Positions 24,526-37,583 of a stretch of DNA of 64,000 bases are shown piece after piece (within the stretch, counting starts at the first letter, position 1; each line of letters opens with the position of its first letter). A model generated the notes under the pieces. That model was given only the letters and a program-made list of their open reading frames with translations, did not search any database and was not told the DNA's origin. The translations under genes and the position numbers were made by a program. The stretch comes from Azolla caroliniana (lineage: Eukaryota > Plantae > Polypodiophyta), in the NCBI GenBank assembly GCA_043228905.1, contig JBHGNT010000010.1, positions 13,640,001 to 13,704,000 of the forward strand, written 5' to 3'.

Positions 24526-26052
24526 ATGGCATCAACATCCGGCTCGTCAGAAATGAGTCTACGAAAGTTCGATGGATCGAACTTCAACTTCTGGAAGGAA
24601 CAAATGCAGGACTATCTCATAGTCAAGGGGCAGATCGATCCCATCGAAAATGAAGAACCTCCAGAAGGATACAAACCAATCGAGTGGCAGAAGCTGGACA
24701 GAATCGTCCGCGCCACGATTCGGATGCACCTATCGGAATCGGTATATTTTACGGTGCAATCGTGTACGACAGCATTCGAACTGTGGAAAACACTGTCGGA
24801 CACTTACGAAAAGAAGGTCGCCGCAACGAAGATGTTTCTGATCCGGCGCCTCTACAACTTGCGGATGAAAGAATCCGATTCGGTTCAAGCACACCTCAAT
24901 GAGTACGAAAGCATAAGCTCCCAAATCTCGTCACAGGGGACGGCAATCGAGGATGAACTCAGAGCAATGATACTCATGAGCAGCCTTCCCTCATCATGGG
25001 AAACTTTCGTCACAACCGTGTGCAACGCGTCAACCACGGCTGTTAAATACTCCGAAGTCACGAGCGCAATCCTGACCGAAGCAGCTCGGAGAAAGTCTTT
25101 CGCCAAAGACTCAACAGACGACGCTTACGTAGTACAAGGTTCGACAGACCGATCGAACATACGAGGAAGAGATTCCTCACGACCGCCGAACAATCAGCGA
25201 AGACGGAGCCAGTCACGGGATAACCGAATCTGCAACTATTGCAAGAAACCCGGACACATCAAAGCCGACTGCCGCGCACTCAAGAACAAGAACAACAAGA
25301 AGAGTGGCCGGCATGAGGAGATCAATTACGTCAGCTCCTCAGCTGATGTACTACCGGACGACCCGAATATACTATCAATCGAAAATCCAGTCGGATCAGA
25401 AGTTCTGCTCACGACTGAAGAATCGAGCACATGGCTCTTGGATTCGGGCGCGTCATTTCATGTGACTCCTCATCGGTCCCAATTTCGGCAATATACGATC
25501 CGTCACTCCGACTCAGTTCGGGTCGGCAACTCACAACACTGTGACATCATCGGAATCGGCACAGTAGAGCTCAACCTTGCAGGTGGCTCTACACTTGTAC
25601 TCCACAATGTCCGACATGTACCCGAGCTCTCAAGGCCATTGATCTCAGTCGGACAACTAGATGAAGACGGCATTCGTGCCGGTTTTTCTTCGGGAGGGTG
25701 GACACTCCACAGGGGGAACCTCTTGCTTGCTAGAGGACCTAAGATACACTCCCTGTATCCGTTACATGTTACGCTCAGAGAGGGTAACCTGTTTTTGGTG
25801 GATATTCCTGTGTCATCACTATGGCACAGAAGATTAGGACACCTCAGCAAGGCCGGCATCACGCACCTATCTAGAGCCGGATACATCCCCAAACTCTCCT
25901 TCTCCGACCATCAATTTTGCGAGCATTGCCAGTATGGCAAACAAGCAGCCGGATCACACCCGACATCAGCACCAAGGCAAACAAGACTTGGGATCTGGTC
26001 GAATTACCTAGGAACCGACGTGCTCTTCCTTGCAAGTGGGTTTATCGACTAA
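24526..26052 (+). CDS. gag: Copia gag-protease-GAG-pre-integrase of L (frame ends shortly after the deletion junction)
   Basis: KFDGSNFNFWK, CNYCKKPGHIKADC, WLLDSGASFHVT, LWHRRLGH...CEHC. No internal stops. Confidence 0.9.
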   Translation: MASTSGSSEMSLRKFDGSNFNFWKEQMQDYLIVKGQIDPIENEEPPEGYKPIEWQKLDRIVRATIRMHLSESVYFTVQSCTTAFELWKTLSDTYEKKVAATKMFLIRRLYNLRMKESDSVQAHLNEYESISSQISSQGTAIEDELRAMILMSSLPSSWETFVTTVCNASTTAVKYSEVTSAILTEAARRKSFAKDSTDDAYVVQGSTDRSNIRGRDSSRPPNNQRRRSQSRDNRICNYCKKPGHIKADCRALKNKNNKKSGRHEEINYVSSSADVLPDDPNILSIENPVGSEVLLTTEESSTWLLDSGASFHVTPHRSQFRQYTIRHSDSVRVGNSQHCDIIGIGTVELNLAGGSTLVLHNVRHVPELSRPLISVGQLDEDGIRAGFSSGGWTLHRGNLLLARGPKIHSLYPLHVTLREGNLFLVDIPVSSLWHRRLGHLSKAGITHLSRAGYIPKLSFSDHQFCEHCQYGKQAAGSHPTSAPRQTRLGIWSNYLGTDVLFLASGFID

Positions 26053-27467
26053 AAGAGACGTCTGATTCGACCACCCCAAAGTACAAGGCCAGATTAGTTG
26101 CGAAGGGCTTCCGACAAGAATATGGCGTCGACTTCGACGAGATTTTTTCACCAGTGGTGAAAATGACAACCCTTCGTTTTCTGCTCGGCGTAGTGGCAGC
26201 CGACAACTTGGAGCTGATTCAGCTAGATGTCAAAACAGCCTTCCTCCATGGTGATCTCGAGGAGGAAATTTATATGGAGCAGCCAAAAGGCTTCGTGGCA
26301 ACTGGCCAAGAACATCTAGTCTGCCGACTCAGGAAGAGTCTATACGGCCTCAAACAGGCACCGCGACAATGGTACAAGAAGTTCGACGACTTCATCCAAT
26401 CGATCGGCTTCTCCAAAAGCGATGAGGACCATTGTCTCTTCACCAACACAGCTCAAGATGGATCACCCATCTTCCTCATCATTTACGTGGACGACATGCT
26501 AATTTCTGGACGCCACGCGGGCGAACTTGCCGATCTCATTCGGCAACTGCGGTTGAAGTTTGCCATGAAGGACCTCGGTTCGGCACGACACATCCTTGGC
26601 ATGAAGATTAGTCGGCATCGCGGTAAACGACATCTCTTTTTGTCTCAGACCGACTATATCGGACGTGTCTTGGAACGCTTCAACATGCAATCAGCCAAAT
26701 CTGCTTCAACCCCACTCCCTATGAATCTTCGGCTCTCTCAGCGAGACTGCCCGACATCCGGCCCGGAGGGGGAAGATATGAAGTCGGTACCGTATGCACC
26801 GGCAGTCGGCTCCCTTATGTACCTGATGGTCGCGACACGGCCTGATATTTCTCACGCCGTAGGAGTCGTTAGCAGATTTATGCACAACCCTGGCCGATCG
26901 CATTGGAACGCAGTCAAGCATGTGTTCAGATATCTGGCTGGCACAAAAGACCACGGCATTCTTTTCGGTCCGAACCGAACCTCAGGCGTAGTCGGTTACA
27001 CCGACTCGGACTTCGCCGGCTGTATAGACAGTCGGAAATCAACAACCGGATACTGCTTCAAATTCGGCAATGGAGCAATCTCGTGGAAGTCGAAACTTCA
27101 GGAATGCACAGCGACCTCAACGACCGAAGCAGAATATGTAGCTGCGTCCGACGCGGCAAAAGAAGCTTTGTGGCTCGGTCGGCTGGCACACACGTTTCGA
27201 CAAGTCGACCATGACTCGGCTCCAGTTGTCTACAGCGACAGTCAAGGTGCTGTTGCCTTGTCGAAAAATCCGGTTCACCACAACGCCTCCAAGCATATCG
27301 ACGTTCGATATCACTTTGTTCGGGACTGCGTCATCTCAGGGAAAATCGGTCTAGAGAAAATATCCACAACCGATAATGTCGCAGATGGAATGACCAAGTG
27401 TCTTTCGGCAGACCGCTTTCGGACTCTTCGGCATCAGATGGGCGTAACGACAAACCAGTCCGGTTAG
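25975..27467 (+). CDS. pol: Copia RT-RNase H of L (open, but out of frame with gag)
   Basis: NKTWDLVELP, LDVKTAFLHG, YVDD, YTDSDFAG, SKHIDVRYHF. Confidence 0.9.
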
Positions 27468-27833
27468 AGCCGGACACAGAGCAGGATGGTTCCCGACAAC
27501 CGACATCAGTTCCTTAATGATCGGCTTCAACTGTTCCGACCCGACCAGTTCGGTCCTCTGCCTTCGGACCCTGCCGACTCGAACAAAGCTGATATGTCCG
27601 AGAACCTAAGTCTATACCTGTAACCTTAGATAACCCATGTATACGCCCATTACGGGGGAGTGTCGAATACCTGTGTATAATGGACGTATTCACACCATCC
27701 CGTTTTGGCCATTTATGTAATTAGCATAAAGGGCAGTTGCCCTAAGTCGGTCACTATATATAGTGACCTTGTAACCTCTTTGTGAGGTTGGTTGTTGTAT
27801 TATTTGCTTTATGAAATAAAGAGTTCTTTTGTG

Positions 27834-27870
<37 letters not shown>

Positions 27871-27955
27871 AACGACCTACATTCTGTCATACGCAGGGAA
27901 TAAACAGGAATCGAGTGCTTCTTGATCTTCCGCACTGACGACATTGCTTACAACA

Positions 27956-29916
27956 TTCCCTCCATTTTGGCTCCCAATTCGTGCAAAAGCCGCACCATTA
28001 TCGAGGACCTTCGTCTCCATCCGTGAAGCCGTGATAAAGGGTTGCCCAAGGATCACGGAGTGTGAGACCTCATCTTGTACGAAGAAATTTTGGTCGATCT
28101 CGACATCCCCGATCTTGACCGTCACATCCGGACAAGCCGCAAATAGATCTTCCGTTGCTTTAGTGGCCGTTTGGATCTTCCATCTATGATTGGTGTTAAT
28201 AGGCCACTTCCCCTTCCAGTAGAACTCCTTAGACATCAAATTGATCTCCGATCCGTGATCAATCAATGCTAGCATGGGCTCTTTGATGTTGCCGATTCGG
28301 ACCGAAGTCTCGGTAGTTGCACGCGCCCAATGTGGCTTTGTATAGTGGGAATTCGGAATCTCGTCCTCCACTTCGGTGTCGTTCATCAGAACGGTATTTG
28401 CATTCACCATCGGCGCATTTTCCTCCGTAGTTTCTCTTTTTCTTTTCACGAGATCCACAAGAAGATCATGGAACTCCCTTTTTGCTATTCCGAGTAGTTC
28501 CCGAAGCGAAAAATCTACCCGGCTGTCGGGGATTCTCTCCTCTAACACTTTCTTTATGTCTGTCCGTTGCTCGATGTCCGAAGCGAGTTTGAATATCGGA
28601 ATCGTTTTTCCTTTCCCTCTTCCGTCAGAGTTCCAACTCTCCAATGTCTTCGATGGTCCTGCCGCATCCTCTGTGCGTCATCGCTTCTCGTCCACATACA
28701 CCTCATGTAATTGACATAGGGCGTATACACTATTCTTATCGACGGGGCACTCCCATCCTGTAGCTTCCTGGATGCCTTCCGCGGTGCTTCAGATCTCGTT
28801 GGAGTCGGTTTTCTCGGTGTTTTCTAGCACTTCCGGCCAAAAAGACACCTTTACTCCCGATGACTTCCCGACACGTATTCCGGCGGTTGTCGCGTAATTA
28901 CTCTTCGCCACTATTTCCTCCTCTAGGACCTTCTTCATGCCGCCTTTTCGGAAGTTCGGTCGGAGCGGCTGTCGAGAGTCTATCGAATGAATCCGATTTC
29001 CCTCGTAGTAGATAATATCTCGTCGTAGCGCTTCCTTCTACTCGTCGCAATCCCTCCGATCATGTTCGGTGCTATCGCACCATATGCACTGACGGTCCAT
29101 ATACTTGGAACTTGTGGGACGGTCATCCGACTTCTTCACCATCGCGATTTTTAGATTCTCCATCTCCTTCAGCAACTGCTCCACCGTAGTTGCGTCGATT
29201 CCCTTCTCGGTCGAGCTTCCCGAGCCCGCGGTTGATGGTCTTCCGATCCGGATCTCGATTTCGGAATCGGTTCCGAAACCCTCTTTTCTTCGTTGGCAAA
29301 CCATTGCCCCCTCTTTGTGTATCACGCGACGATATCCCACACGCTTTTCGATGTTTCGATGAGGCCACTCTCAGTAGTCGTGTCCTCTAGAAGCACTCCA
29401 AGAGCCTTCCGATCCCGAACGTCTACGGCTCGTAAGAACATGATAACTTTGTCCGGTGCGAGGATAGCTTGATCTCTCGTAGACAACCTCCCGAACCAAC
29501 TTTCAAATGCCGAAAACACATCGAGGACCTTCATCCCCTAGTCTGGCGTTTCCACCCAATCCTCGAATCCTCTCCGCGTTGCCTTGGAGGAGTCCTCGAT
29601 AGCGAACGTGGTCTTTAGCACCTCTTCAAATGCTTCCCATGTCAGATTTTGTTGTCGTAGCCCGTGGATACTTGCTTCAAGCCCGTCGGTAGCCACCTAG
29701 TTGAAGGATGTCACTTGCAGTCCTACCAAAGTCCCCCACCGTAGCATTTCCGCCTTGTAGTCTCGAAGATAGCGTGATACGTCCTTTCCGTTGAATTGCC
29801 CAATCCGTTGCACGAGCCACTCTACTACCGCCGCTATCTCCAACATCGCACGCTGTTCTTGAAGAATCCACTTGAACATCATCATCATGTTGTTAGCCTC
29901 CGGTTGATTTTCCATC
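27956..29916 (-). pseudogene. gag: gag-protease of element F
   Basis: Zinc knuckle CIWCDSTEHDRRDC and protease LIDHGSEINLM. Several stops. Confidence 0.88.
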
Positions 29917-30674
29917 TCCTTGCCACCCGTGTTCACGTCGGGTTCACCAAATGTGTCGTGTCTTTCGGCTCCGAATCGTTACGTGAGTCGGGTGGGAACC
30001 ACTGAGGTTTTGGACTAGGAGAAAAGAAAATTCTAAGGCAATTAAGAATATGAAATATATTGTAATAAAGAAAGATATGAAAAACTCGTGAATCCCACGA
30101 GTATAGTGTATTAGTGAGTACTCAGATTAAGAGAGAAAAATAGTTAGCAAATTTGTGAATCCCACGAATATATTATATTAATCAACCCTTGTAAAATAAT
30201 CAACAACCTTATACATATTTCTCTCGTCCTCATATAAGGATGGGAGAGGCTAAGCATGGCTTCCTCCTTTCCCTAAAAGTGTTCATGCACACTAAATGTG
30301 CATGTGATGCTTCTTCTTTTTTTTCAACCTTGCTTTTATTTGCTAAATATAGTGCTCATGCACGCTAGATGTGCATGAGTAATCTTTTATTGGTTTACAT
30401 TTTTCTCATAAATAAAGTATTCACGTACTCTAAAAATGCATGAGTTACCTTTTCAATAAAGGTCTTATAGGTATTAAATCTATATTTAAAACATTAAGGA
30501 TAAGTTAGTACAATGGTAAGGTTGGGGTTTGTTTATGTGGAGGTACAAGGTTTGAATCTTGCCCTATGCACGTGATAAATATTTTTTTAATATTTTATTT
30601 TATTTATTATACGTACTTTAAATTGGATATAGTATTTTACATATTTCGCGTAGTGTGTGATTCACACTACGACA

Positions 30675-31764
30675 ATGCATAGTGATGTGCCATGTAATCA
30701 TTATAACCATACCGCTTCACGGGGTTCTTTTGGCGGGTGGATCGGCGTAACTTCTCGTTAGCCGATTTTAAGGCCCTCTTGGCCGGCTCGAACTTCATCT
30801 CCGAAGGTCCGTCTTCGTTCTGTCCAGAGTCGGATTCGCTCCGATCCGACTCGTCTCTGCCAGTGTCGTTTCTAGCATCTTTTTCTTCCCCTTCTCCTTG
30901 CACGTGAACGGTCTCTTTGGTTCCTTACTCGGGGAAAGCACGGCCAAGTCTTCGTTGCTCGTCGGCTCATCATCTTGCTAGTCCTTCTGACTGAGCTCTT
31001 CATTCGGCCCGCTCAGCCAAATGAGATCAAAATCTCATCTAGAATACCGAATCCTTCTTCATCTTCTACCCCAATCGTTTCAGGCTCACTGGCCTCATCT
31101 TCTAGAATCAGGTTGGAGTCAGTAGAGAGTACCACGATGTTGACTCGTCCAATTCGACATCTCGGCTTACTCGTACTAGCTTAGTCCGGGGGTTGTAGCA
31201 CTTATACCCCTTTTGCTCATGTGAGTAGCCAACCAAAATGCACTTCTCCAACTTAGGGTCCAACTTTCTCCATTTCTCATCTGGTACATGCACATAGGCG
31301 ATGTAACTGAATATCCTAAGGTGCCTTAAATTCGGTTTCTGCCCGAAATACAGATTGTGCGCTAACACCTTATCCCTGATCCAATTTTGGATGTAGAGGG
31401 CCGTCCAGACTGCTTCGGCCCAGTAGAACTTGGGCATACTTTTCTCCTCAAGCATCGCCCCTTTCGCCTTGACGATCGACCGATTCTTCCTTCGGACACA
31501 CCATTTTGTTCCATTGTGTATCTACAACTAAATTCTCTCGTATTCCCTTCTGTTGCAAGTAGCTGTTGAATTGGCCGGAAAAATATTCTTTTTTGCCATC
31601 GGACCGTAGGCCCTTGATCTTTCTCTCTGTTTCCCGTTCAACAAGACTTTGCAAGTTCCATAAATAGTTGAAGACTTCGACAACTCCTGATTGCTCCGGC
31701 TTTTCCAGAGACAAGAACCACTCTTCGTGACTCTTCATGTGGTTAGATGCTCCGGAGTCAACAT
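30675..31764 (-). pseudogene. pol: Copia protease/integrase fragments of element E
   Basis: VDSGASNHM, LRSDGKKEY, FYWAEAV, KLDPKLEKCILVGY. An internal deletion lies near 31680. Confidence 0.85.
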
Positions 31765-32405
31765 TGTCGTGACAATGCGCGTGCGTGCATGCTTCGCTTG
31801 AGCGGGACCACTGGGGTCTCGGACCGGGGAGGACGTTCGCGAAATTGTCAAAAAGATGATGATGTGTATGTAAGATTTGGGGAAACAATGAGCACTACAC
31901 TTGAGAAGATCGGAAATTTTTACACTCGAGAAGAAGATAAACAAGATTAATAAGAAGAAGATTATTATATTGATGGTGATAGTGATGATGATAATATCAC
32001 ATATTGAGCCCCCCCCCTTTATACAAGTCGTACTAAGGGTTTTATAAGTTTCTCCATGCACAAAACCATGGGCTTGGAGCCATGGTTTCTGTGCACACAG
32101 TTTTGCTTCGTGACATGCAGAAAATCATGGTTTTGTGTACACGGTTTTGTACATTTGTTTCCTACGGAATACTGAATATAGAGAAAGAAATATAGAAAAT
32201 CTAAAGCACTTAGAAGTAGCTTTAGTGGTAAGGTAATTGCCTCTTATTTTAGAGGTGCAAGGTTCAAATCCTACTTGCAGCCCTCTACATGCACTCAATG
32301 TCATTGTGACCTAGGTTTTATTTTCATTTTTACAAGTATTCGTGGAATGTGTGTGGATCCTCAATTTTTGACTTTTTCTCGCACTAGACATGCCACATCA
32401 CAACA
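31765..32405 (-). repeat. Solo LTR of the TGTCGTG clade
   Basis: TGTCGTGA...TCACAACA termini and TSD ACAT at 31761-31764 and 32406-32409, which restores the host WYVDSG. tRNA-like module at 32217-32271. Orientation is inferred by analogy. Confidence 0.85.
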
Positions 32406-32409
32406 ACAT

Positions 32410-33149
32410 ACCACACTTCCTCCGATCTGGAAGTGGTCTTCTTCATTGAGTTTGCCTTGTGTTTCATCACAAAGACTGACCCTTTTCTAGTCTTTCCAGT
32501 TCTGGATCCTTCCGATCCTTCTACGTAGTGCGAGCTTTGTCGGTAACCTTTTTAATCTATTTCTTTGACAATTATGAGAGATTGTTTACCACACCGAAAC
32601 CAGATACAAACCGAGATGCTCTACGGTCTATCATAGGCTATCACTTTGAATGAATCTAGGTGTATCCCGCGTAAGCAACCCCAATATTAGTATAACATCA
32701 ATTGTTGTATCAGATGTCTGAATCAGCAAAAACCTCAAATGCTTATTCCCTTGTCCAGCCTTGCCAGATCTAGATTCATCCCAATCGGCGCATTTCTTCT
32801 AACACTCGCTTTCCCAGTGGCCCTTCTTGCCACAATACCAGCATTCCATGTCAGTCTTTCTTGCTAATTTCGGTGCCATTTTGACTCCCCTTGCTTGTGG
32901 ACTATCTCTATGCCTCCAATTCTTCTCTTGTCGGCCGCCACTATTGCATGCGGACCCATCTCATCCTCCACGCCCAGGGGCTGATCCGTGTCCGTGTACA
33001 ACATCCGGTTATCCAATTGAGTGGTCCTCAACCCACTCGCGTGGTTTTCTTCGACCATCAGCATCGATTGCAGGTTGAAGAAGGACGATGGTTTCTCACG
33101 GGTGCAAATTGTTGTCCGGATTGGCCCGTATCATTGTGCTTAGAAACAC
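32410..33149 (-). pseudogene. gag: Copia gag fragment of element E (continues 36546-37000)
   Basis: LQSMLMVEENH and the zinc knuckle CWYCGKKGHWESEC. The upstream part reads MLDYIKDAKSLKEAWENL. Confidence 0.8.
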
Positions 33150-36100
33150 GTTTGCGTTCACAAGTGAAAGGATCACGCATTCCACTTGTAGATTCCTTTT
33201 ATAATCTTGCAATTTTAGGCAATTTTCAGAAACTTGATACACCAGTATCACATATTTTAAATAGCATGTAAATTTTGCTAATTTTTTGAGATTTAACAAG
33301 TTTCAAAATGATAATTTCTAAAATTGAATAGTTTTTCAATAAATGTTTAAACCTTGATGGTTTGCAGATATAAAATGTAGTTGACTTAAAGAAAATCACA
33401 ATTGTTAACTCAAGGCACAAGTTAAGATTAATGGTTTCACCATCTTGAGAAGATGTAGGTCCCAGAAGTGGAAGTTACATCTATTGTTAGACTAGACAAT
33501 GTTTTAATTATAAGAGGTAACATTGTAATCCTTAATGCCATCATCTATAAATTTAGTGCTCATTATTAACATTCATAAATTCACAACTCGAGAAATGTGT
33601 ACAATATTCATAAACAATTTTGATAAATCCATAACTCCTAAAATGTAGATGATATTCATAAACTATCAAAACTGCCAAACTTAGATGTAAACATTATATA
33701 TCAATTTGAACATATCACGTAGTTATCAAGGTATCCACAATGCTCTCCTCTTCTTCATTTTGAGAGCTCCCCTACAAAATTTGTGAAGTAAATGGCATTT
33801 GTAAGGTTCAATTACCATCAACATAATTATTAATGGTTTTTTGTTAATCAAAGAAGCACATTTTCATTATAAGTTATCTTGTTGTGCAACATACTTCTTT
33901 ACAATATCGATATGCATCTTTTACTCTTGTAAAAACAGAGATTTTAGTACAATTCGAGTTCATGTAAACCCTACATCTCTTTTATTTGAAAAAAAAGAAG
34001 ATTTCTAAACATGAACTCCATACATTTATCGAGTTCATGTAAAAAACAGAGTTGCCATCACAATTCCATACAATGTATCAAATTCGTGTTCAAAGTTTTT
34101 TTCCTAGATTTAAAAAAATAAAAAAATAAAACTTGTGTTGATCAAAAAAACTAGATTTTTCAACACAATTCAGTACAATGTACAATACAATGTATTGAGT
34201 TCATGCGTAAAGTAATTTTATTTGTTTTTAAAAAGAAAATCGATTTTGTTTTTTTTTTTTATTGGAAAAAAAACTTTAAACATGAATTTGATACATTGTA
34301 TCGACTTGTGATGAAAACTCTGGTTTTTTCTTAACTTCAACTTAAAAATAAAAAAATCCAAAATGACCCAAAATAAATAGAAAAAAAAAACCAAACTTGT
34401 GTTTTTTTTAAACCAAAACAAAAAACTTAAAACATGAACTCGATACATTGTATTGAATTCGTGTCAAAAAGTCAGCTTTTTTACACGAACTCGATACAAT
34501 GTGTCGAGTTGGTCTTGAAATTTTCGACATGAACTCGATACAATGTATAGAGTTCGTGTTGAAAATATGACTTTCCGACATGAACTAATACAATGTATCG
34601 AGTTCATGTTTAAAGTTTTTTTTTTTTTTTTTAAATGAACTCGATACATTGTATTGAATTGTGATGAACTCAAGCTCAATGTTTTTATTTTTTTATTTTT
34701 TTAAATCCGAGGAAAAAAAATTGAACATGAATTTGATACATTGTATGTAATTGTGATCAAAACTCTGTTTTTTACATCAACTCGATACATCAATTCGATA
34801 CAATTGTGATCAAAACTCAGATTTTCAACACAAACTCGATTCAAGTTTGTGTTTAAAACATTTAAACACGAACTCGATACATTGTATCAAGTTCATGTCG
34901 AAAATTTCAAGACCAACTCGACACATTGTATCGAGTTCGTGTAAAAAAGCTGACTTTTTGACATGAATTCGATACAATGTATCGAGTTCATGTTTTAAGT
35001 TTATTGTTTTGGTTTAAAAATAAAACAAGTTTGGTTTTTTTTTCTATTTATTTTGGATCATTTTGGATTTTTTTATTTTTAAGTTGAAGTTAAGAAAAAA
35101 CCAGAGTTTTTATCACAAGTCGATACAATGTATCAAATTCATGTTTAAAGTTTTTTTTCCCATTAAAAAAAAAAAACAAAATCAAAATTTTTTTAAAAAA
35201 CAAATAAAATTACTTTACACATGAACTCGATACATTGTATTGTACATTGTACTGAATTGTGGTGAAAAATCTAGTTTTTTTTATCAACACAAGTTTTATT
35301 TTTTTATTTTTTTAAATCCAGGAAAAAAAACTTTGAACACGAATTTGATACATTGTATGGAATTGTGATGGCAACTCTGTTTTTTACATGAACTCGATAA
35401 ATGTATGGAGTTCATGTTTAGAAATCTTCTTTTTTTTTCAAATAAAACAGGTTTAGGGTTTACATGAACTCGAATTGTATTAAAATCTTTGTTTTTACAT
35501 GAGAAAAAGATGCATATCGATACTGCAAATAAGTATGTTGCACAACAAGACACCTTATGGTGAACATGTGCTTCATTGTTTAACAAAAAACCATTAATAA
35601 TTGTGTTGATGGTAATCGAACCTTGCAAATGCCATTTACGTGTTCTATAAAATATTCTCGTGGTTCTTAATCTCCACTACAAGCACTTAATGTTAATCTT
35701 CATAGTTTGGTTCATCTACAACAGAGAAACATTTATGTGAAACTAAGAATAACAACACATGCATAACTCAGGTGACAAGGAAACTTGCAAGAACTCAAGG
35801 TGGGGATATTAATAGCTACACATGTAGATGGCCATGACCTAGGGCACCAATTCTACATTGGTAAAGTTTTGGACTTGGTGATGCATTAAACTTTTGTATT
35901 ACATCTATCATTGACATTAGTGAGGTGGATATCATTGTGTATGACTTTACACTAACAAAAGATGGATGTTTAAGGACGACAACAATAGACATAATAAAAG
36001 AGATATTACCAAGTCTAGAAGATATCTCAGATTGAAGGCTAACCAGATTTAGTGCACACAGTTTGGAGACACCATTTGGTAAAGACAATTATTTGATTCG

Positions 36101-36545
36101 TACATTTGAAAATGAGGAGGAAGAGTCACAAATGTATATTAACTATAGTAGTGATTCTCATGAAAGGAATGATGATAGTGATGCAAATAACTCCTAAATG
36201 TATTTTTTGTGCAACGATATGTAACAAATTTAGACAACATTTTATGGAATGAAATAAAAAAGTTGATTATTTTGAAATCTTTCGCGTATGATTTCGTTAG
36301 GATCTAAAATACTACTAGTTGTAATTTCTCCTTAAAAATACACAGTTACTTTTCGTATTTGGCCAAAATTTGGCATTTTTCAATTTTACCAAATGGTAAA
36401 AATTTTAGCTTTTTCATCAAGTTTTCGAGAACTTGTGATACTGGTATCAAGGTGATTTGTGAAATGGCTAAAAAAGCCCCAAAATCAAACGAAATATTCC
36501 TTATCCTTCCATTTGTGCGCAATCCTTCCACTTGTGAACGCGAAC
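33150..36545. mobile_element. Non-autonomous TIR DNA transposon with an internal fold-back
   Basis: ~30-bp imperfect TIR (GTTTGCGTTCACAAGTGAAAGGATCACGCA versus 36516-36545) and a second subterminal inverted motif (~33233-33252 and ~36433-36451). It interrupts E gag. The TSD is not evident. Confidence 0.8.
33788..35639. repeat. Long inverted repeat with ~780-bp arms
   Basis: 33788-~34570 is the reverse complement of ~34870-35639. The arms are built from many GAACTCGATACA(A/T)TGTATCGAGTTC palindromes. Confidence 0.9.
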
Positions 36546-37098
36546 CGAGGCAAATCTGGACCATCTCGTCCTCGTCCACCGTCACATTGATGGAATCGAG
36601 TGCATCGTAGATCTCCTTGATCTTGGTGTTGTAGTCAATGACCAAGATATCCTGTTGTCGGATACTGTTGAGCTCTTGCTGGAGCTGCAACTTCCAAGTC
36701 GTGGTACTTGTGCCGAAAATCTTCCAGAGATTTTCCCAGGCCTCCTTCAGTGACTTTGCATCTTTGATGTAGTCGAGCATCTAATCATGCACATCGGACA
36801 CGAGGCACTACAACACTCTGCTCCCTCCTTGCTCCCATACTGGGAAGTCCTTGTGTGCCAAATTTGGCACTGCTTCATTTGCTCCTTCCACGTAGCTCCA
36901 GTATCTGTGCCCGAGTAAGTATTGGTGCATTTTATACGACTAGGATGCATAGTTGCTCCGGTCGAGCTTTTCTATAGGAAGCGAGCTCGCTATGCATCTA
37001 TCCATATCTTTCTTTTGTTGTTTACCGGTGATTAGGGTTTGTCTATGAGCATCACTCGTCGGCAATAAAGGATTCTCAACCCTCACGTTCTTATACCA

Positions 37099-37572
37099 TG
37101 TAAAAGTTAATATGTAGAAGCTTAGATAAACCGGCTCAGTCGGATAACAATAGTAAAATAGAAATGAAGGTTTAATGGAAGCTTAAGAATATATAGTACA
37201 AGGGAGAGACAGAGAGAGCAGAATAGCATAGACTTAATTCAAAATAAATAACACTTTGTACATACAATTGTCCTATAGAACACTTTTTATACAAGTCGTT
37301 AAAAGGACTGACAGAAATACTGACAAGTACTTCAATGCTCATACAAGCAAATAACACTAACTCCAAGGAATATGCCTACATACTAGGCTCAAACCGTAGG
37401 CTTCAATGGCCTACTAGTTCTCACTATTCCAGAGTATGATTTGGCTCTAGGTTCCGGATACCGATATATCCGAACACCTATCCAGGTACCTATCTAGTTC
37501 TCCATTCCGGATACCGATCCGGCTCTGGCTTATCCAACCAATCAGGATCCGGTTGAGCTTGCCCACTCAACA
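37099..37572 (-). repeat. 5' LTR of copia E
   Basis: 37417-37572 matches 17044-17197 and a PBS is adjacent. Confidence 0.88.
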
Positions 37573-37583
37573 AAAGGGGACAC

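Larger units (their letters stand above)
23661..27955 (+). mobile_element. Element L: young Ty1/copia element with the integrase core deleted
   Basis: LTRs 23661-23953 and 27661-27955 appear identical apart from one CT unit. PBS TGGTATCAGAGC at 23956-23967 and PPT GGGGGAG at 27654-27660. Confidence 0.96.
19321..30674 (-). mobile_element. Element F: near full-length Trp-primed Ty3/gypsy retrotransposon (possibly Phygy-like), containing copia L
   Basis: LTRs 19321-20056 and 29954-30674, PBS-Trp 29932-29949, PPT GGGGGCGAG at ~20057-20065. The decayed 4-bp TSD (ACGT/ATGC) restores the host reading HYAYMR. Confidence 0.93.
17039..37572 (-). mobile_element. Element E: old Ty1/copia element interrupted by F, a solo LTR and a TIR element
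   Basis: 5' LTR 37099-37572, partial 3' LTR 17039-17197 with PPT GAGGGGGAG next to it, degenerate Met-i PBS TGGTATAAGAAC at 37087-37098, domain order gag-PR-INT-RT-RH. Confidence 0.9.
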
